DNA of 63,824 bases, filler included, from Vezdaea acicularis (taxonomy: Eukaryota), in assembly GCA_026025075.1 (NCBI GenBank). It is 6 parts of 6 records of this genome, joined end to end, with 100 filler letters (N's around TTAATTAATTAA, not from the genome) between each part and the next. Parts side by side here need not be neighbours in the genome. Positions count along the whole stretch, not along the records: positions 1 to 12,036 come from JAPEUI010000248.1; positions 12,137 to 23,213 come from JAPEUI010000254.1; 4 more parts are not named here. One strand, given 5' to 3'. The position numbers and the translations under genes were made by a program. The notes under the pieces are model-generated. The model searched no databases and had not been told where the DNA came from. It saw only the letters and a list, made by a program, of their open reading frames with translations. Shown piece after piece: positions 1 through 15,592 of this stretch. Positions within the stretch are counted from its first letter, which is position 1. Every line of letters starts with the position of its first letter.

Positions 1-1461
1 CGTTCGTCCGACTGGTCCGGGTCGAGCAGGCCTCCACGGTACTGCCCCTTTGTGATTGCACGGTACCACGTCTGTTCGTTCCATTCACAACTATCCTTGC
101 TTTCACAAGGTACGGCTTGAAAGATTTCTGGCATAATGCCTGTGGGCATACTTTCGTAAGCCCAAATGCAGCCATCCACGAGTTTTCTTGCAGTCACAAG
201 ATCATCTGGCCGGTTGAAAATCTTAGCTGATATACCAATAACGCCACCGATGAAGCAAGTAAGATGCTGGCCTTCTGTGATGAGCTGTACACCCTCTGCC
301 TCAGACACTCTGACATTGCCACTGATCAGAACATCTTCATTGTTCTTAGTCATAGGTCGAAATAGGAGATTCTTCGTCACCGTTTTAATGGCAGCCTCGT
401 ACATCTTTCGGTATCGGTCTACCGCGCCACCTAATATCATGTGTTGCTTAGGAAGGTACTCGTAAACGCTATCGCTCATTCCCCCTAACGTGAAATACCC
501 GTCGGCAGTCAATGAGCCAGCTGCGGCATTAACGACCACAGGCCACATGCCAGGCAATTTCGTGCTGTTTTGCTGAGCTTCAAAAAGATCACTAATACGC
601 TCGACAGCATCGTAATACTTTGGATTGCCTGTCAATTGGGATAAACGTGTGAACTCTAAAGTCAGAGAACCGAGCTCGGCAACAAGTGTGGTAGCCGCTG
701 CAGTCTGGCGATCGCCTCGAACGTATCTATCAGTAATTAGCTAGAGTTCGTAATCCGTTCATTGTATAGACCTACGCTAGTAACTCCCAACGAGTGACCG
801 GCATCCTGTTAGGGGTATCGAATGCAGCATATAGGATTTCTCCTATATCCGAAGCTTTCTGTACGAGACTTGGATATTTTCCGCCACTGATATCATACGC
901 TCCCAGTAGACCTCCTAGATACCGTATGGTAGTCTCAAAGACGTTCACCATGCTATTTGCAGACATAGTAAAGTCGATTGACTCTACCGCCTTGACAGCT
1001 TCCTCAAATTCCTGGTGTAACCCCATGATCCATAACGTATCCAACGTGTCAACAAGCGTCGCTGCCCAGCCATTGAAGGTTGACATGTGTTGGCCTGATA
1101 TAGGGGTCACTTCATCCTTGAGCCAAGCATATGTCTTGTATCCCTCCCACGCGTGCTTAAAGTTTTCCCGTACGGCCTTTGTACGTTGCCCTCGCCGTAT
1201 ATTCTCGGTAGGCGTTTCGTCGTCGAAGGAACATTGGATAACGGGTAGCTTAGCGGGCACGACTGTCGGCAAAGGCTTGAATGAGGTCACCGGAAAATTC
1301 TCAGGGAGCTTGCTGAAGCGGACTGGTATCTGAGGAGGGGCTGCTGGTTCTGGATAGGACGCCGGGTACTTAAGTCGAGAGTAGTCGGCGGCATAGTAAA
1401 ATATGAATACGATACAGCCTGCAATCACCAAGAATAATTGATATCTTCGAATATAGAACAT
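1..1461 (-). CDS. Class I alpha-1,2-mannosidase (glycoside hydrolase family 47), 3'-truncated by window edge
   Basis: N-terminal TM anchor; GH47 motifs HAWEGY, GWAATLVDTLDTL, FETTIRYLGGLL. GT-AG intron 775-727 splices to AELGSLTLEFTRLSQLTG, and the frame continues through DSVYEYLPK and EGQHLTCF. Confidence 0.93.
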
Positions 1462-2069
1462 GGCGATTTACGTGCTCGATTCGAAGTGTGATAACCTAAA
1501 GTCGGATCGGTAAGGTATGGGCAGGGAAAGGAAAAAGCATATGCCGCTGATAATCTTTGCCTGGCATTAGCTAGAAATAACCTCGTAAGGTAATAGGTAG
1601 GAGCTAGCGCCCCGACAACATGGAAGGCAAAACTGTCAGATCTTCACGAAGAAGGACTTACAGAGGTGAATGGTGCCCAGCCAATAATCATCGCGCTGGA
1701 AACTTAATCACAAGTCAGGGGCTCAACTTAAGCGAGGCGGCTGTTGCGAAAGACAGATCCCTGAAACGCGCACATCTTGAGTCTACCGTCGTTATCGGTA
1801 CGATTGCTGTCATAGGTTGGGAAGGCATCAGAAAACAATTCAAGTAAAAGAATTGTCGTGAAGGAGGCACTATCTGCTTAAGCGTTTTTCTTATAGAGAT
1901 CATTAAAATTCCATTATTCCGTCAAAAAACATGCCAGGGTATCTACGAAAAGGAAGCCAAGCCTCAAGCAATGCAACCTGCATCCAGATAGCAAACTTGA
2001 CGCCCCCCCATGATTCCCAGCCTCTAACGACGTCCGTAAATCCTCCGAAAAATACCGCTAATGCAAATT

Positions 2070-4331
2070 TCAACCCTCAACAGATGCATGAATTGAGTCA
2101 TTGCCATTTTCGCCCGCCAACATGACACTCCGATCGTTGGACTTGAAGCTGTAGAGCCGAGCTTCACCATCTTCACTTCCAGTACACATTCTTGAGTCGC
2201 TAAGAGCAATGCAAGTCACAGGTCCAACGTGGCCAGTGAACGTATCACATTTACCAGTTCGGGTGTCCCAAACTTTGACAGTCCTATCTTCCGAGCCTGA
2301 AACTATGCGAAGCGTATCGGCCGCGAGTGCCCATACGCCTTCCACATGGCCAAAATAAGTTCGTAAACATTTGCCTGTCGCAGTTTCCCACAGACATATG
2401 GTATTGTCGAGGGCACCCGTGAGGAAATACTGGGGAGGCTTGGCACGATCTGCGCCCCAGGGTGTAGGATTGGCTTGTGTAGGGGAGTTGCCCCTACTGG
2501 CAGGATCGGTATTTTCAACTCCTGGAAGAACTCTAACCGCTCCATTGCCATCTTGATCCATATCCATTGCTTCGTATTCGAATTCAGGTGGTAGAGGCTG
2601 GACCTGCTGGACTTGGCCCACGTGTCCTTCAAAGACTTTGATGCATGCCCTCGAATCGAGATCCCATAACCTGGCTGTGCAGTCATCGGAAGCTGAGAAA
2701 ACTGTTCGAGATGCAGTGTCGACCTTCACTGCGTTGACCCAGTCGCTATGCCCTCTAAGCAAGAATGTCGACTTGTCGCAGAAGTTCCAAATCTTGATAG
2801 TTCCGTCAATTGAACCCGAGGCCAATATCGTTGAGTCGAAATGCAAGCTTAGCACGCCACCTGTATGGCCAGTATAGGTGGAAATACATTCTCCTGTCCG
2901 CCAGTTCCATACTTTGATGCTTCTGTCCATACTTCCACTGATGAGCTTCGTGTCATCAAATTGCAGAGCGCGCACTCCTTGCTCATGACCTCGGAGAGTA
3001 CGTATTTCCTCCCCAGTTTCGATATTCCAGATTTTGATATTATTGTCATAAGATCCAGTAGCTAACATCCGATCGTCAAATTGGAGGCACATGATACCAT
3101 TGGTGTGGCCTTTGAAGCTTTTCATAGAGTACCGGCCGTATCTCCAATTAGAGCCTACTTTGAATCTGTCCTTGTAAACATCCTTCCATGGACGGAACCG
3201 AGGTTGGAAATATGAATCGCCCTGTTCGGCCTTAGAAGGGAATGTACAGACTCTTTTGGCGTTCTCAGTAGAGGCAGTCGTTGAATCGCAAAGAGCATCC
3301 ATTCCTCTTTTACGAGCGCCAGTAAGAGCGGCAAGATCTTGCGACACCACAGCCGAATTTGGATGGTTATCAAGTAGGTTATATTCTGGCTGAGGAGTAA
3401 TATCAGGCGACCATACGTTTAGGCCCCTCCCTCTAGCTCGAAGTTGTATCTCTCGTTTCATAGCTCTCAGCCTATTCCTTTCCAACAACGGTAAACCCCA
3501 GCCACATTTTACACATTTGCGATCAATGTGCTGCTCACACATCTTGTGCCAAACGACGTCGTCATCAGCGAGCATCCTCCACCTTTGACTGACTTGGGCG
3601 GCTTTACATAGCGATGCCGTGTCGAGATAACATAAGATCTTGAAAGATATCTCAGGTGGTAGGGCTGTAAGGAAATCGATCCTGATGAGGTCTCTGACAG
3701 AAGCAGAAAGGTATGAGAGCTGAGGGAAACAGCATTGAGCGAGTATGCCTCGGAGCATCAGATTCCGATGCTTTGCAGGAGCGGCTGAGAACAAGGACCA
3801 GAGGTGTGAAATGGCCTTTTGATCGTTATTTGACAGACTTTCAAGTTCCTGTCCACGCTGTTAGAAGACAGTTGAAGGATTTGAGGCTCTAAGCCGGATA
3901 CACACTGTTTGTAATTGATCCATTGATGGCTCGTCCGCCTGTCGTCGACATTTCAAATCCGGTCTATGTCGATAACAGTACTTTGTGTTTGACTCTCCGC
4001 CCGATGGCTGCAATGATAAGCCCTGCGGAGCATACTGATCCGGTATATGTTTTGCTAGAAAAGGTGCCACAGTTTGGCCAGCTTCTTTCGAGTGCGAAGC
4101 TATACTGATATTCGCGTCCAGGTCCGATTCTCTAGTGCAGCCGGCATCATTTTCTCGTGTCTCTGAGCCATCGGCCCTGCTATCGCCAGAGTTCCCCTCC
4201 TCTGGGACCAGGCCGAGATACATGCTGGGGGCTTGTTGGCGGAGAGAAAGTCGTGGTTGCACAAGTTGGTCTGAGGTCGAAGTCTGCAACCCTACCTCTC
4301 GGTCAAAGGTTCGAGGTTGGCTGGCCGCCAT
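2070..4331 (-). CDS. sconB: F-box/WD40 SCF substrate receptor, sulfur metabolite repression control protein (SconB/SCON-2/Met30)
   Basis: Exons 4331-3906 and 3848-2070 (intron GTGTGT..CTAAC..CAG). KYCYRHRPD motif, F-box ([14 protein letters not shown]), [17 protein letters not shown], multiple GH..WD repeats. Confidence 0.95.
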
Positions 4332-4640
4332 TTTGAGGAGGACATGTGTGCCACAAAGCTTAGTGCTTAGGTTTGAAGGATGCTGCAGCCGTTGAGTTGT
4401 CGCAAGACGTGATCACAGGGAAAGGATTGTGTGATAATCGTCGGGGGCGATGGCGTGAGACAAGCGAAGGCCAGTGAAAGTCACCGAGGAGCCTATTGGA
4501 ATCCTGACCCACGCCTGCATGAGCGAATAGCAACGACTTTTGAGCTGCACTGCCCCATGAAACATTCTCTGCGGTTCCCCGGACGAAAAAAACGGGATTC
4601 CGTTTGAGCTTGCGGAGGTATAGGCCTACATAAAGTGGAG

Positions 4641-4647
4641 CACGTGA
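4641..4647 (-). promoter_or_regulatory. TCACGTG E-box (Cbf1-type) about 310 bp upstream of sconB, in the sconB/ATG17 divergent promoter
   Basis: CACGTGA on + strand; exact match to the yeast Cbf1 motif of sulfur genes. Function is inferred only. Confidence 0.3.
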
Positions 4648-5150
4648 TCTCAGACCTTTCATCTCCAACTATAGCGCCACCATCGCATTATTAGCCTTAA
4701 GAATTCACGCTATGTCATAACAAATCTTCTGGATGATGGTGGATGACAGCAACTGAGTATGGCGGTCAGGGGTCAAGGAAATCAACGGGCTCGAGGCGTC
4801 CAGCCAATGAAGCCAGCCTTCAGCCTCTTCTGCTGATCAATGCAAAGCCGCCAAACGAAGCGTGTATTGCGATTGCGAAACAGCCGAGACTGCGAGCCTG
4901 ACTAAGCGGAACGTACCAGCGGCGATAAATCGCTTCCGCAGCGCTATCGCCGTAACCCGTAAGGCTGGAGAGCTACCCCAGACTTTGCCCAGCTCTTGCA
5001 TCCAAGCACGCGGGATTGCGTCCGGCTTGTCTGATTTTTTGATGGGCGCCCCCCAACTAAGAAATGCTCACACGTACCACTTTCTATCGGAGGCCCTCTT
5101 GTGTTTGGAAGCTATGCTTTGACATTGCGTACTCTATATGATCAAATACT

Positions 5151-6665
5151 ATGTCCAGTCCTCATCGAAAAGCAGATCGGGAAGCACCAGCCACGGAATC
5201 TAGTGCAAGCCTGCCTCACGACGAGACAGAGGAACAGCCTAAAGCTCCTGCAGAACGTTTGGTGATCCATCTCTTAGCTTCGAAGCGGTCTCTCTCAGCG
5301 ATCAACGATGTCTGGCGCGCAAACGAGTTAGTAACCAATGCGCGCGAGACATTGGAAGCAAGCGTAATTCTTTCCGCACGTACTGGCTTCATAAAGAAGG
5401 GGCTCAACGAGACATATCGGATCCTACACAAGGTCAAAACGAAGATAGGGGACGTCAAACAACGAGGTCAAGATGAATACGAGGTACGAGGTGTCACTCC
5501 TATTGATTGCACATTTGCACTGACTAAGGATCTACAGGCTTGCCTGGACGAGCTGGATGACGCCGAACGTCGCCTGCAAGCTACACTCAGCTCCTTAAGA
5601 ATAACGACAGTTGAAACCTCAATAAATCGAGAGCCAGATAAGCGGAAAGTTCTGTTCGATTATGTGGATGATGATGGGATCAAAGATGTCTTGAAGGCCG
5701 CCGAAATGTGTATCGATTCAACTCAAGCTGCGCAAAGGAAATTTGAGGACTCGTTGAACTCTTTCGAGGAAGATTTGGTGTCTATTAGCGAGGAACTGCC
5801 TCCGAAGAACATACACGCATCCTCGTCCTCATCGTTTGAACAGGCGTCCCAACCAGATCTCAGGAGCCCAATTCCAAAACTGTTAAATGGCCTAGAGACT
5901 CATGCTAAGGAGATGGCTTCCCTCCTGGAATCGCTTGTACGCCATTTTGATCTTTGTGTGACTGCTTTGAAGTATACTGAGGGCTCTGACTCTTCTGCCG
6001 CTGTACAAAAAATTACCGACTCCCTTCCTCCTGGTCTCGATTTAACCCGAAACTCGAATTCGGCTGTAGAGGCGCCCCCTACCGAAGAAGAGAGGACCGA
6101 GATGATGTCTGTGCTTGAGAAAGATGCCAGCGAGGTAGAAGACGTTGTCCTCGAAATCCATGACCGACTTTCGGAAATGGAACAAGACTCGATGTTGATA
6201 TCCGAGCATCTATCACACCTTGCAGCTGTCCATGCCACAGTACTCACGATTTATCAGCGGCTAATCAACGTTGGCGCAAAACTTCAAAGCTATAGAAACG
6301 CCAGCAAGGCATTCGAAGACGCCTGGGCCGTCGAGGCGACTAAGATACGAACCCTTCTTGATGAGATGGCCTCGCTTCGTGAATTTTACACCGGGTTTAA
6401 AGGGGCCTATGATAATTTGCTAATTGAAGTTGCGCGGCGACATACTTTGCAGGGACGAATGGAAGCTACCATGAAGGAAGCACAAGCTAAAGTTTCTAGG
6501 ATGTACGATGATGATGTGAGGGCGCGCGAGGTATTCAGAATCCAACAAGGAGACTATTTGCCAGCAGATATCTGGCCTGGCTTGCTCGATCCACCGCCAA
6601 AATTCGCCGTGAAAAGGCTAAAGTCACACGACGACGTGACTAAGAAGATAGAAGAAACCATCTAG
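5151..6665 (+). CDS. ATG17: Autophagy-related protein 17 (Atg1 complex scaffold)
   Basis: ASKRSLS..VWRANELV, L.SLVRHFDLCVTALK and GDYLPADIWPGL motifs; coiled-coil. Probable in-frame 54-nt intron 5484-5537 (GTACGA..CTAAG..CAG). Confidence 0.9.
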   Translation: MSSPHRKADREAPATESSASLPHDETEEQPKAPAERLVIHLLASKRSLSAINDVWRANELVTNARETLEASVILSARTGFIKKGLNETYRILHKVKTKIGDVKQRGQDEYEVRGVTPIDCTFALTKDLQACLDELDDAERRLQATLSSLRITTVETSINREPDKRKVLFDYVDDDGIKDVLKAAEMCIDSTQAAQRKFEDSLNSFEEDLVSISEELPPKNIHASSSSSFEQASQPDLRSPIPKLLNGLETHAKEMASLLESLVRHFDLCVTALKYTEGSDSSAAVQKITDSLPPGLDLTRNSNSAVEAPPTEEERTEMMSVLEKDASEVEDVVLEIHDRLSEMEQDSMLISEHLSHLAAVHATVLTIYQRLINVGAKLQSYRNASKAFEDAWAVEATKIRTLLDEMASLREFYTGFKGAYDNLLIEVARRHTLQGRMEATMKEAQAKVSRMYDDDVRAREVFRIQQGDYLPADIWPGLLDPPPKFAVKRLKSHDDVTKKIEETI

Positions 6666-7082
6666 ATGAGTGACTTGTCAGCTTTCAGCCTTTGGAAAGA
6701 CGGTGTTACAATCTCAAAATGCGCGCTTCTTCTCTGGGCTCTCTTTATTCTGCAGCAACGCTGTTCGCGAAGTTTAGACGGCGTTCTGTAAAGTTTCACG
6801 TGTCTGAATAACCGTCGGAGGTTTCTTGCGAGACGCTTCCGCAATTTCCAGCAGCGAATTTTCGTGTTGTTCATCATCGAAGTGTGACAGATTGGACAGG
6901 AATCATAGATTGCATTTGCAGGGGGGCATACCTGGAGTTTGGGTTTGAATTGCGTAGCATCTACACCCTCGCTGGCGTTTAGATTATCAAGTTCCTTGAG
7001 GCAAAGCACAATAACATGTAGCCTTCAATCGAGAAGAAATTGGCTTGTACATAGGATATACCGATGTCTAGACAAACAATCC

Positions 7083-8817
7083 CTAGTGCTTATGCCTCAT
7101 GGTCGTAGTGACTAGCCTTTTCTTCAAGGCCTTAGGCATCTTCTTTTGGCGTCCTTCGCGCTTCTCTTCCTTGACTTGTTTTTTGTGCTCCTATTGGCTT
7201 GTGAGCCACGTGTTCCTGTAAGAAGGGATAAAGCAGACTCACCTTTTTGGCCTCTTTGTCTTCGAAGCGCTTCCCTCGGGGTGTCTTCTTATCAAAAATG
7301 CTCTCATCATCTGCCTCGCCATCCCCGTCGCTATCAACACTAGAATCACTCCCCCTATCAGAACCCAAATCCTCATCACCTCCGACCTCCTTCTCGTGTA
7401 ATTGGTTGCTAGGGAGAAGCGACTTGTACACAAGCTCATCGCCCTTACCAAGTCCAATCGTCCGAGCGTCTCTTTCAGGGTCGACAACTTGCTGTAAGTT
7501 CTGGGGTATGAACTGCTGCCTAAAGACCTCCTGCGTTGTCTCGTCCTCTTCATCCTCTTCCTTCCGATTTGCCATCAACTCGTCAACCCTCGAAGCCATA
7601 TCCTCTGTATCGAAGCTGCCTTCGGCGTCCATTATAAAATCAAAGGCTACTCTATGGCCTAGCGTAGCCACCTCCTTTCGTGCGAAGAAATCGGAGATAT
7701 TTTTGATATCCATCCTGAGGAACTCCAGCGATCGGGGATGGTCATGCTCCACACTTTGTGAGACATCAATGACCCAAGCTTTCCCTTCATGCCATAGCAA
7801 GTTGTATTCGCTCAAATCAGCGTGCACAAGCTTGCACTTCTGGAACATGAGGCGCATGTAGCTGAGGACTTGCACGTAGACCTTCCGCCAAGCAGCAACC
7901 CCTTCAAGATCTGCGTCTCGCAATCGAGGCGCAGGCCAGCCTTTCTTTGTGCCGAGAAAGCCCATCACTAGGACATGCGCTCGTAGGTATACTGGCTCTG
8001 GGCAAGGAACACCAGATCCATGTAGACGCCTCAGGTTCCGCATCTCCTTCTCAGCCCACACCTTTACCATTGCACGATTGTTACTCTTGTTATACCCGCG
8101 CCTGAAGCGATGCTCGCCCTCCACATACTGTGCTCTATCTTTGAAGACTAAAATGCTCGTTTTAAAGATCTTGACTGCTCGGTGCAGCGGTTCTGCGTGA
8201 GGGGTCTCGGGTGAAGGGCTCGAGAGGGCGTGATACACGTTTGCTTCTTTGCCCGTACTGAGACAGCCACTGATCTCGGAGATGAGCGCTCGATTCAGCA
8301 TTTGCAAGAGAATCATGCGCGTCCGAGGATCGAGCACTTGCTCACTCGTAGCCCGATCTGATTTGTCTTTGCCTCCTCGGGACGAGAACCCCTGCTCGCC
8401 TTCAAGTCGTATCTTGGACGCATGCTTGGATAGTGCTAATATGTGGTCATCTATACGAAGGCGACCACCGTTTTTAGGTGTCTGAGAATTGGTCTTTGGG
8501 AGAGTTGTTGTATCATTGGAAGCCAGGGCATTCTGTATTCGCTTTTGGCGGTTGTAGGATTTTGTCAGGTCTCCCGTACCTTCGGGGTCGAGCTCGACTT
8601 CTATCTCTTCATCAGATGAAAAGTAGGAGTCATAATCGTCTTGGTCCTGCATGTTGTTATCGGTTGTGTCTGTGGTGTCGAGTTTTGATGTAATTTCTGG
8701 CGTTTCTGTTGATTGCCCGACCAAATTTGCTGGCTTGGTAGAGCTTTTGCTTGCGGTAGAAGGATGAGACGGCTCACTGTTTGCCATCGGAATGCTCTGG
8801 GGTTTTATCTCCGTCAT
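7083..8817 (-). CDS. RIO1: Atypical Ser/Thr kinase RIO1 (SudD family)
   Basis: DRATSEQVLDPRTR, STGKEANVY, FKDR, HADLSEYNLL, IDVSQSVEHDHP. Intron 7242-7191 gives the basic C-terminus EHKKQVKEEKRE..KKRLV; stop at 7083. Confidence 0.95.
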
Positions 8818-8899
8818 TGTGACTGACTTGAAGCTATTCGTGAGTCATGGTGGAGCAGGAGGGGCAAAAGTGCATCATTGGGTCGCTTTCGGCAATTCC

Positions 8900-9110
8900 C
8901 GCGTCGCGCGCAAACCCTAGATTTTGTCCCGCTTCTGGAGAGGAACGCGTCGATTTGCGCCGGATACATCTCATCTTTGCGCCTTCAAGGGTTCCGTACC
9001 GTACACCAAAATAGCAACAAAGTAATAGACTTCTGGTCCTACGCCCAGATACCAGGATAACTAGATTGTCTATCAAGGCACCGGGTAGGCTCAGAGTCGC
9101 GCTTGACGCG
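8900..9110. promoter_or_regulatory. MCB-like elements in the 321-bp RIO1/SMC3 divergent promoter
   Basis: CGCGT at 8900, ACGCGT at 8945-8950, ACGCG at 9106-9110; cohesin genes are typical G1/S (MBF) targets in fungi. Confidence 0.5.
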
Positions 9111-9138
9111 CCGGAGCAATAGAAGCTCCGTCGCCAAG

Positions 9139-12036
<2,898 letters not shown>

Positions 12037-12136
12037 NNNNNNNNNNNNNNNNNNNNNNNNNNNNNNNNNNNNNNNNNNNNTTAATTAATTAANNNNNNNN
12101 NNNNNNNNNNNNNNNNNNNNNNNNNNNNNNNNNNNN
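12037..12136. other. Artificial contig linker (44N-TTAATTAATTAA-44N)
   Basis: Identical six-frame-stop spacer occurs five times in the window. Confidence 0.99.
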
Positions 12137-12913
12137 AATTCCATTCTCTCATTCGCATATCCCATGATCATCACGCTCCAATTGCGTCAGCATAATCATG
12201 ACAAGAAAAAGAGCAGAGAAAAAAAGAAAATCAATCCAGAAGAACTGCCCCTCCCTTCCCCGGCTCTCAAAGTGCGCTTTGCCATCCAGAAAAACAGAGC
12301 CACACCACCAAGGCGACCAGGACACAAAAGAGCCACTCCACACCCGGACTTTTGCCAACGTCTGCGCAGGCCTCCGCCCCAAAAACACAATTTCCCTAAG
12401 GGTGCCAAATTAAAGAGGTTCTAGTATCAAGTCATTGAAAACACGAAAAAAGTGGAGAAAGGGACAAAAAGGATCAACGAAGGGCTGCAAAGGAGGAAAA
12501 AGGGGTTCATCCCCCCCGTATATCCCCATGGACGCCACAAATGCTACAGAAAACCTCGCAGCCGGAAAATGCCATGGACGCGTGAAAAAGGAAAAAGACG
12601 CCCCCTCCTCCTTGCTGCTTGAGCCGGCTACGGGTGACTGCGACGGCGAGTACAAAAGACCGCCGAAAGTGCACGCATCAAAGAAACCGCCCCATTCTCG
12701 AATCTTTGTCCTTCCGATTGTGATGATGACCTTGTATATTTGGTAACAAGGTATGATGTGCCTCGAAGTTCGGTTGAGTCCAATGTTTCCAGAGACATCG
12801 GTTAAACTAATCGTACATAGCGTGATGGCTCCCCGTCAGCCTCGACGTAACGTTTGAGAGGAATTTGGAGTCGGTGTAAGTGCATCCAGAATCGTCATCT
12901 TAGTTCCGCTTTC

Positions 12914-15324
12914 CTAACCCCTAATAGCAGTTGGCGTGTGGGCTTCATTGAATGGAAACCCGGTATGCGTACCATGATGATATGGATATCCAAAAGCCAC
13001 TGCTGGGCTGACCGCCGATCCGTTCATTGAATTGGGTGACGTCGAGCGAGAGAGTCGAGGGCTGGGAGTTCTGGCAGGCATCTTCTTGTCCTGGACAGCT
13101 AGGTCTTCCACTTTTGGTGAAAGTGGAGACGGTGGGTCAGAAAGATTCCCGTTTACCGAAGCGAGGTCTAATTCAGGTGAGTCGTCAGCTCCGTCCGTCT
13201 GGGGACGAGATCCAGGCATTGCGGATGATGCTGTTGGTGGTGATGATGTCTTCGATGATCCAAACTGCAGTAAAGAATTAGCACACCAGAAGAGCGAGAT
13301 ATCCTTCAGTATCCTCGGGAACGTACGAAGCAATATTTGTCAAGAAGTTCGTGATATGACGATGACTGGAGCGGGGGCTTCTCCGGGCCAGTAGCGTTTG
13401 ACTTGGAAGTATCCGCTCTGGCATCCGCCTTTGTTTCCACGGCAAGGGCAGACGAGGGTGCAGGGGATTTGACATCTCGAGTATTGAACTCCAACGGAGG
13501 AGAAGTGTTGGGCGATGATTTTGGTGCACTCCCCATATGGTGTGTGAAATATTTAGGCTCGGGCTTCCACTCGGTCTTCTCACTCGTCCGGTCAGGGCCG
13601 GATTTACTCGCCCCACTCATGGCAGCGGACAACGACGCTTCAAAGTCATAACGATTGCCGAATGCGTGTCCTGCGGCATTCTTGCGTGTTGAGCTGGGAG
13701 TAATCTCATTGGACTTGGGCTTGAACCGGATAGTCGATGGTGACTCCCCAACAATCTTTTTCGTCGGCTGACGGAAGACGGAAAAGTCGTACTTGACATC
13801 TGTATCAAAGCCATCGGCAAAGTCATCAAAGGACACCGGCATCGAGCGTGGTCGGGTAGTGGTCGTCGGCGACTGACGGCTTCGTGGAAGAGCATTCGAA
13901 GGACGAGCTCCGTTTCCGGACATGCCATTCTTGCCATTCTGTGGAAGATATTTCTTCTTGAAATCGACTTGAAAGTTGATGTTGTTGTTGCTGTCCCAAA
14001 ACTCCTGACCATTGACGTTGTACCGCACGCAGAAGAAGAGGGTCTTATTCTCCAGGTGTGCTTGATCGGCCAACTTGATCGTGAAGTTGAAGCGGTCATA
14101 CCCATCTTCGATCGGCTTCCGTCGAACATCATTACTGAATTCCGCACCGACTTCCGACGTTGTCTTCCAGTAATCAAAGGTGAACCGAGCCACGACATAC
14201 TTCTGGAAAGCGATATTGGCGACAGCAACGTTGCCGATCAGGTTCTTGTTATCGTTAGACAGGTATACTCTCTCCACTCGGATAGGCATCGTCTTTCGCT
14301 CGAAGGTCTCCGCGGGAAAGTTCGAGGTGACTATCTCCCATTCCCAAGGCGGAGAACGGCCTTTGCCCGACTCATCGGCGAACGGGAACTCCATCTCGGT
14401 CTCAAAGGTCTCCACCGGAGAAGAGCCGGCGCTCACCGCCAGAGGCCGGTCGACCTGCAAGAAGTGACGGACGTGTTCGAGGTGTGAGTCGAAGTGTACG
14501 GCCTTGTTGTATGTCGGAGTGCCTGGCATTGACGAGGGGCGTGCTCGGCCCGTACTTGGCCGCAGAGCTGGCTTCACCAGTTCACCCGACTTTTTCCTCA
14601 ACATGGGCGGTTTCATCTGAAAGGCACTTTGTTCTTCGTCACTATCTTCCGGGGATTCGGCCACTGCTTCAGGCAGCATGATCGCTGAGTCTGTATTGGA
14701 CCTTGAGTGTGAGATCTTGCGGGCTTCGCGCGACAGCGGAGGCGTGAGTTCGGATGGAGGATCACGATGCTTCATGGCCGACTTTAAAGCTGGCATGGCC
14801 AGATCCAGAGCTGCTTGAGCTTTCCGTGCTTCGTCCATCGTACTAGTGGGGGAGCCTTGCCTATGTTGCTCGATGATTCTTATCGCTGCCTGCAGCTCGG
14901 CCAGGTTTTCCAGTTGCCGCCCCCTGCGTTTATTGAGTATCTTTTCCTCATCATCGCTAGAATTCTGGGCTGACTCCGGTGGGGAAGTTGCTTTACCGGA
15001 TGGGTTCAATGACTCATTCACGGGTAGAGGTGAAGAGTATATACCGCTGTCGGTCGCAGTTCCATTTGGCAGAGGGGCTTGTGTGCTTTGAGGGGCGTCC
15101 GCTCTACTGACTTGGGTGTCGATGACAATAGGAGCCGGTGCAAAAGAAGCCGACTTTTGAATGGAGGGAGTTCTTCGGTGCCGCGAGAGGTATGAGGTCG
15201 AGCGGGGTAGGTCTGGTCGAGGAGGGGATGTTGTGTCGACAGCGAAGGACTGGGAGCGAGTGAGGGAGGGCGTTACAGGTCTGGACGAGGCGGGAGATCG
15301 TTGCGAGGGAGGCGTGTAAGGCAT
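12914..15324 (-). CDS. PP1 glycogen-targeting regulatory subunit with CBM21 domain (Gac1-like)
   Basis: RVxF-type motif KAVHF after RKKSGELVKPAL; CBM21 (VANIAFQKYVVARFTFDYW; FFCVRYNVNGQEFWDSN). Intron 13326-13265 joins KYCF/FGSS. Confidence 0.9.
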
Positions 15325-15442
15325 CCGTGCGATCTCGAGTGAAGATGTTCCGGAGACAAAAGGCTGAACGAGAGAGTCCAGAGTAATGTCAAGCCGTGGT
15401 TGTCATGAGAAGGCTGCGGTTCCGATAGAGAGGGATACGGGA

Positions 15443-15592
15443 CTGGCGAAAAAAGCAGTGCGTCAGCGAGAGGGGTTCAGTGAATGGGCAGTTTGGTTAG
15501 GAAGGATTTAGGGTTCTGGATTTATGCTTCATGGTGTCTGAGAACAATAGGAGGGTAACGGGTTGAACAAGGTGAGGCTCCTCGCGGCTTAC
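15443..15592 (-). other. Probable 150-nt 5'UTR intron of the Gac1-like gene
   Basis: Minus strand: GTAAGC donor at 15592, GCTGAC branch at 15467-15462, T-run, then CAG ending at 15443. Confidence 0.55.
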
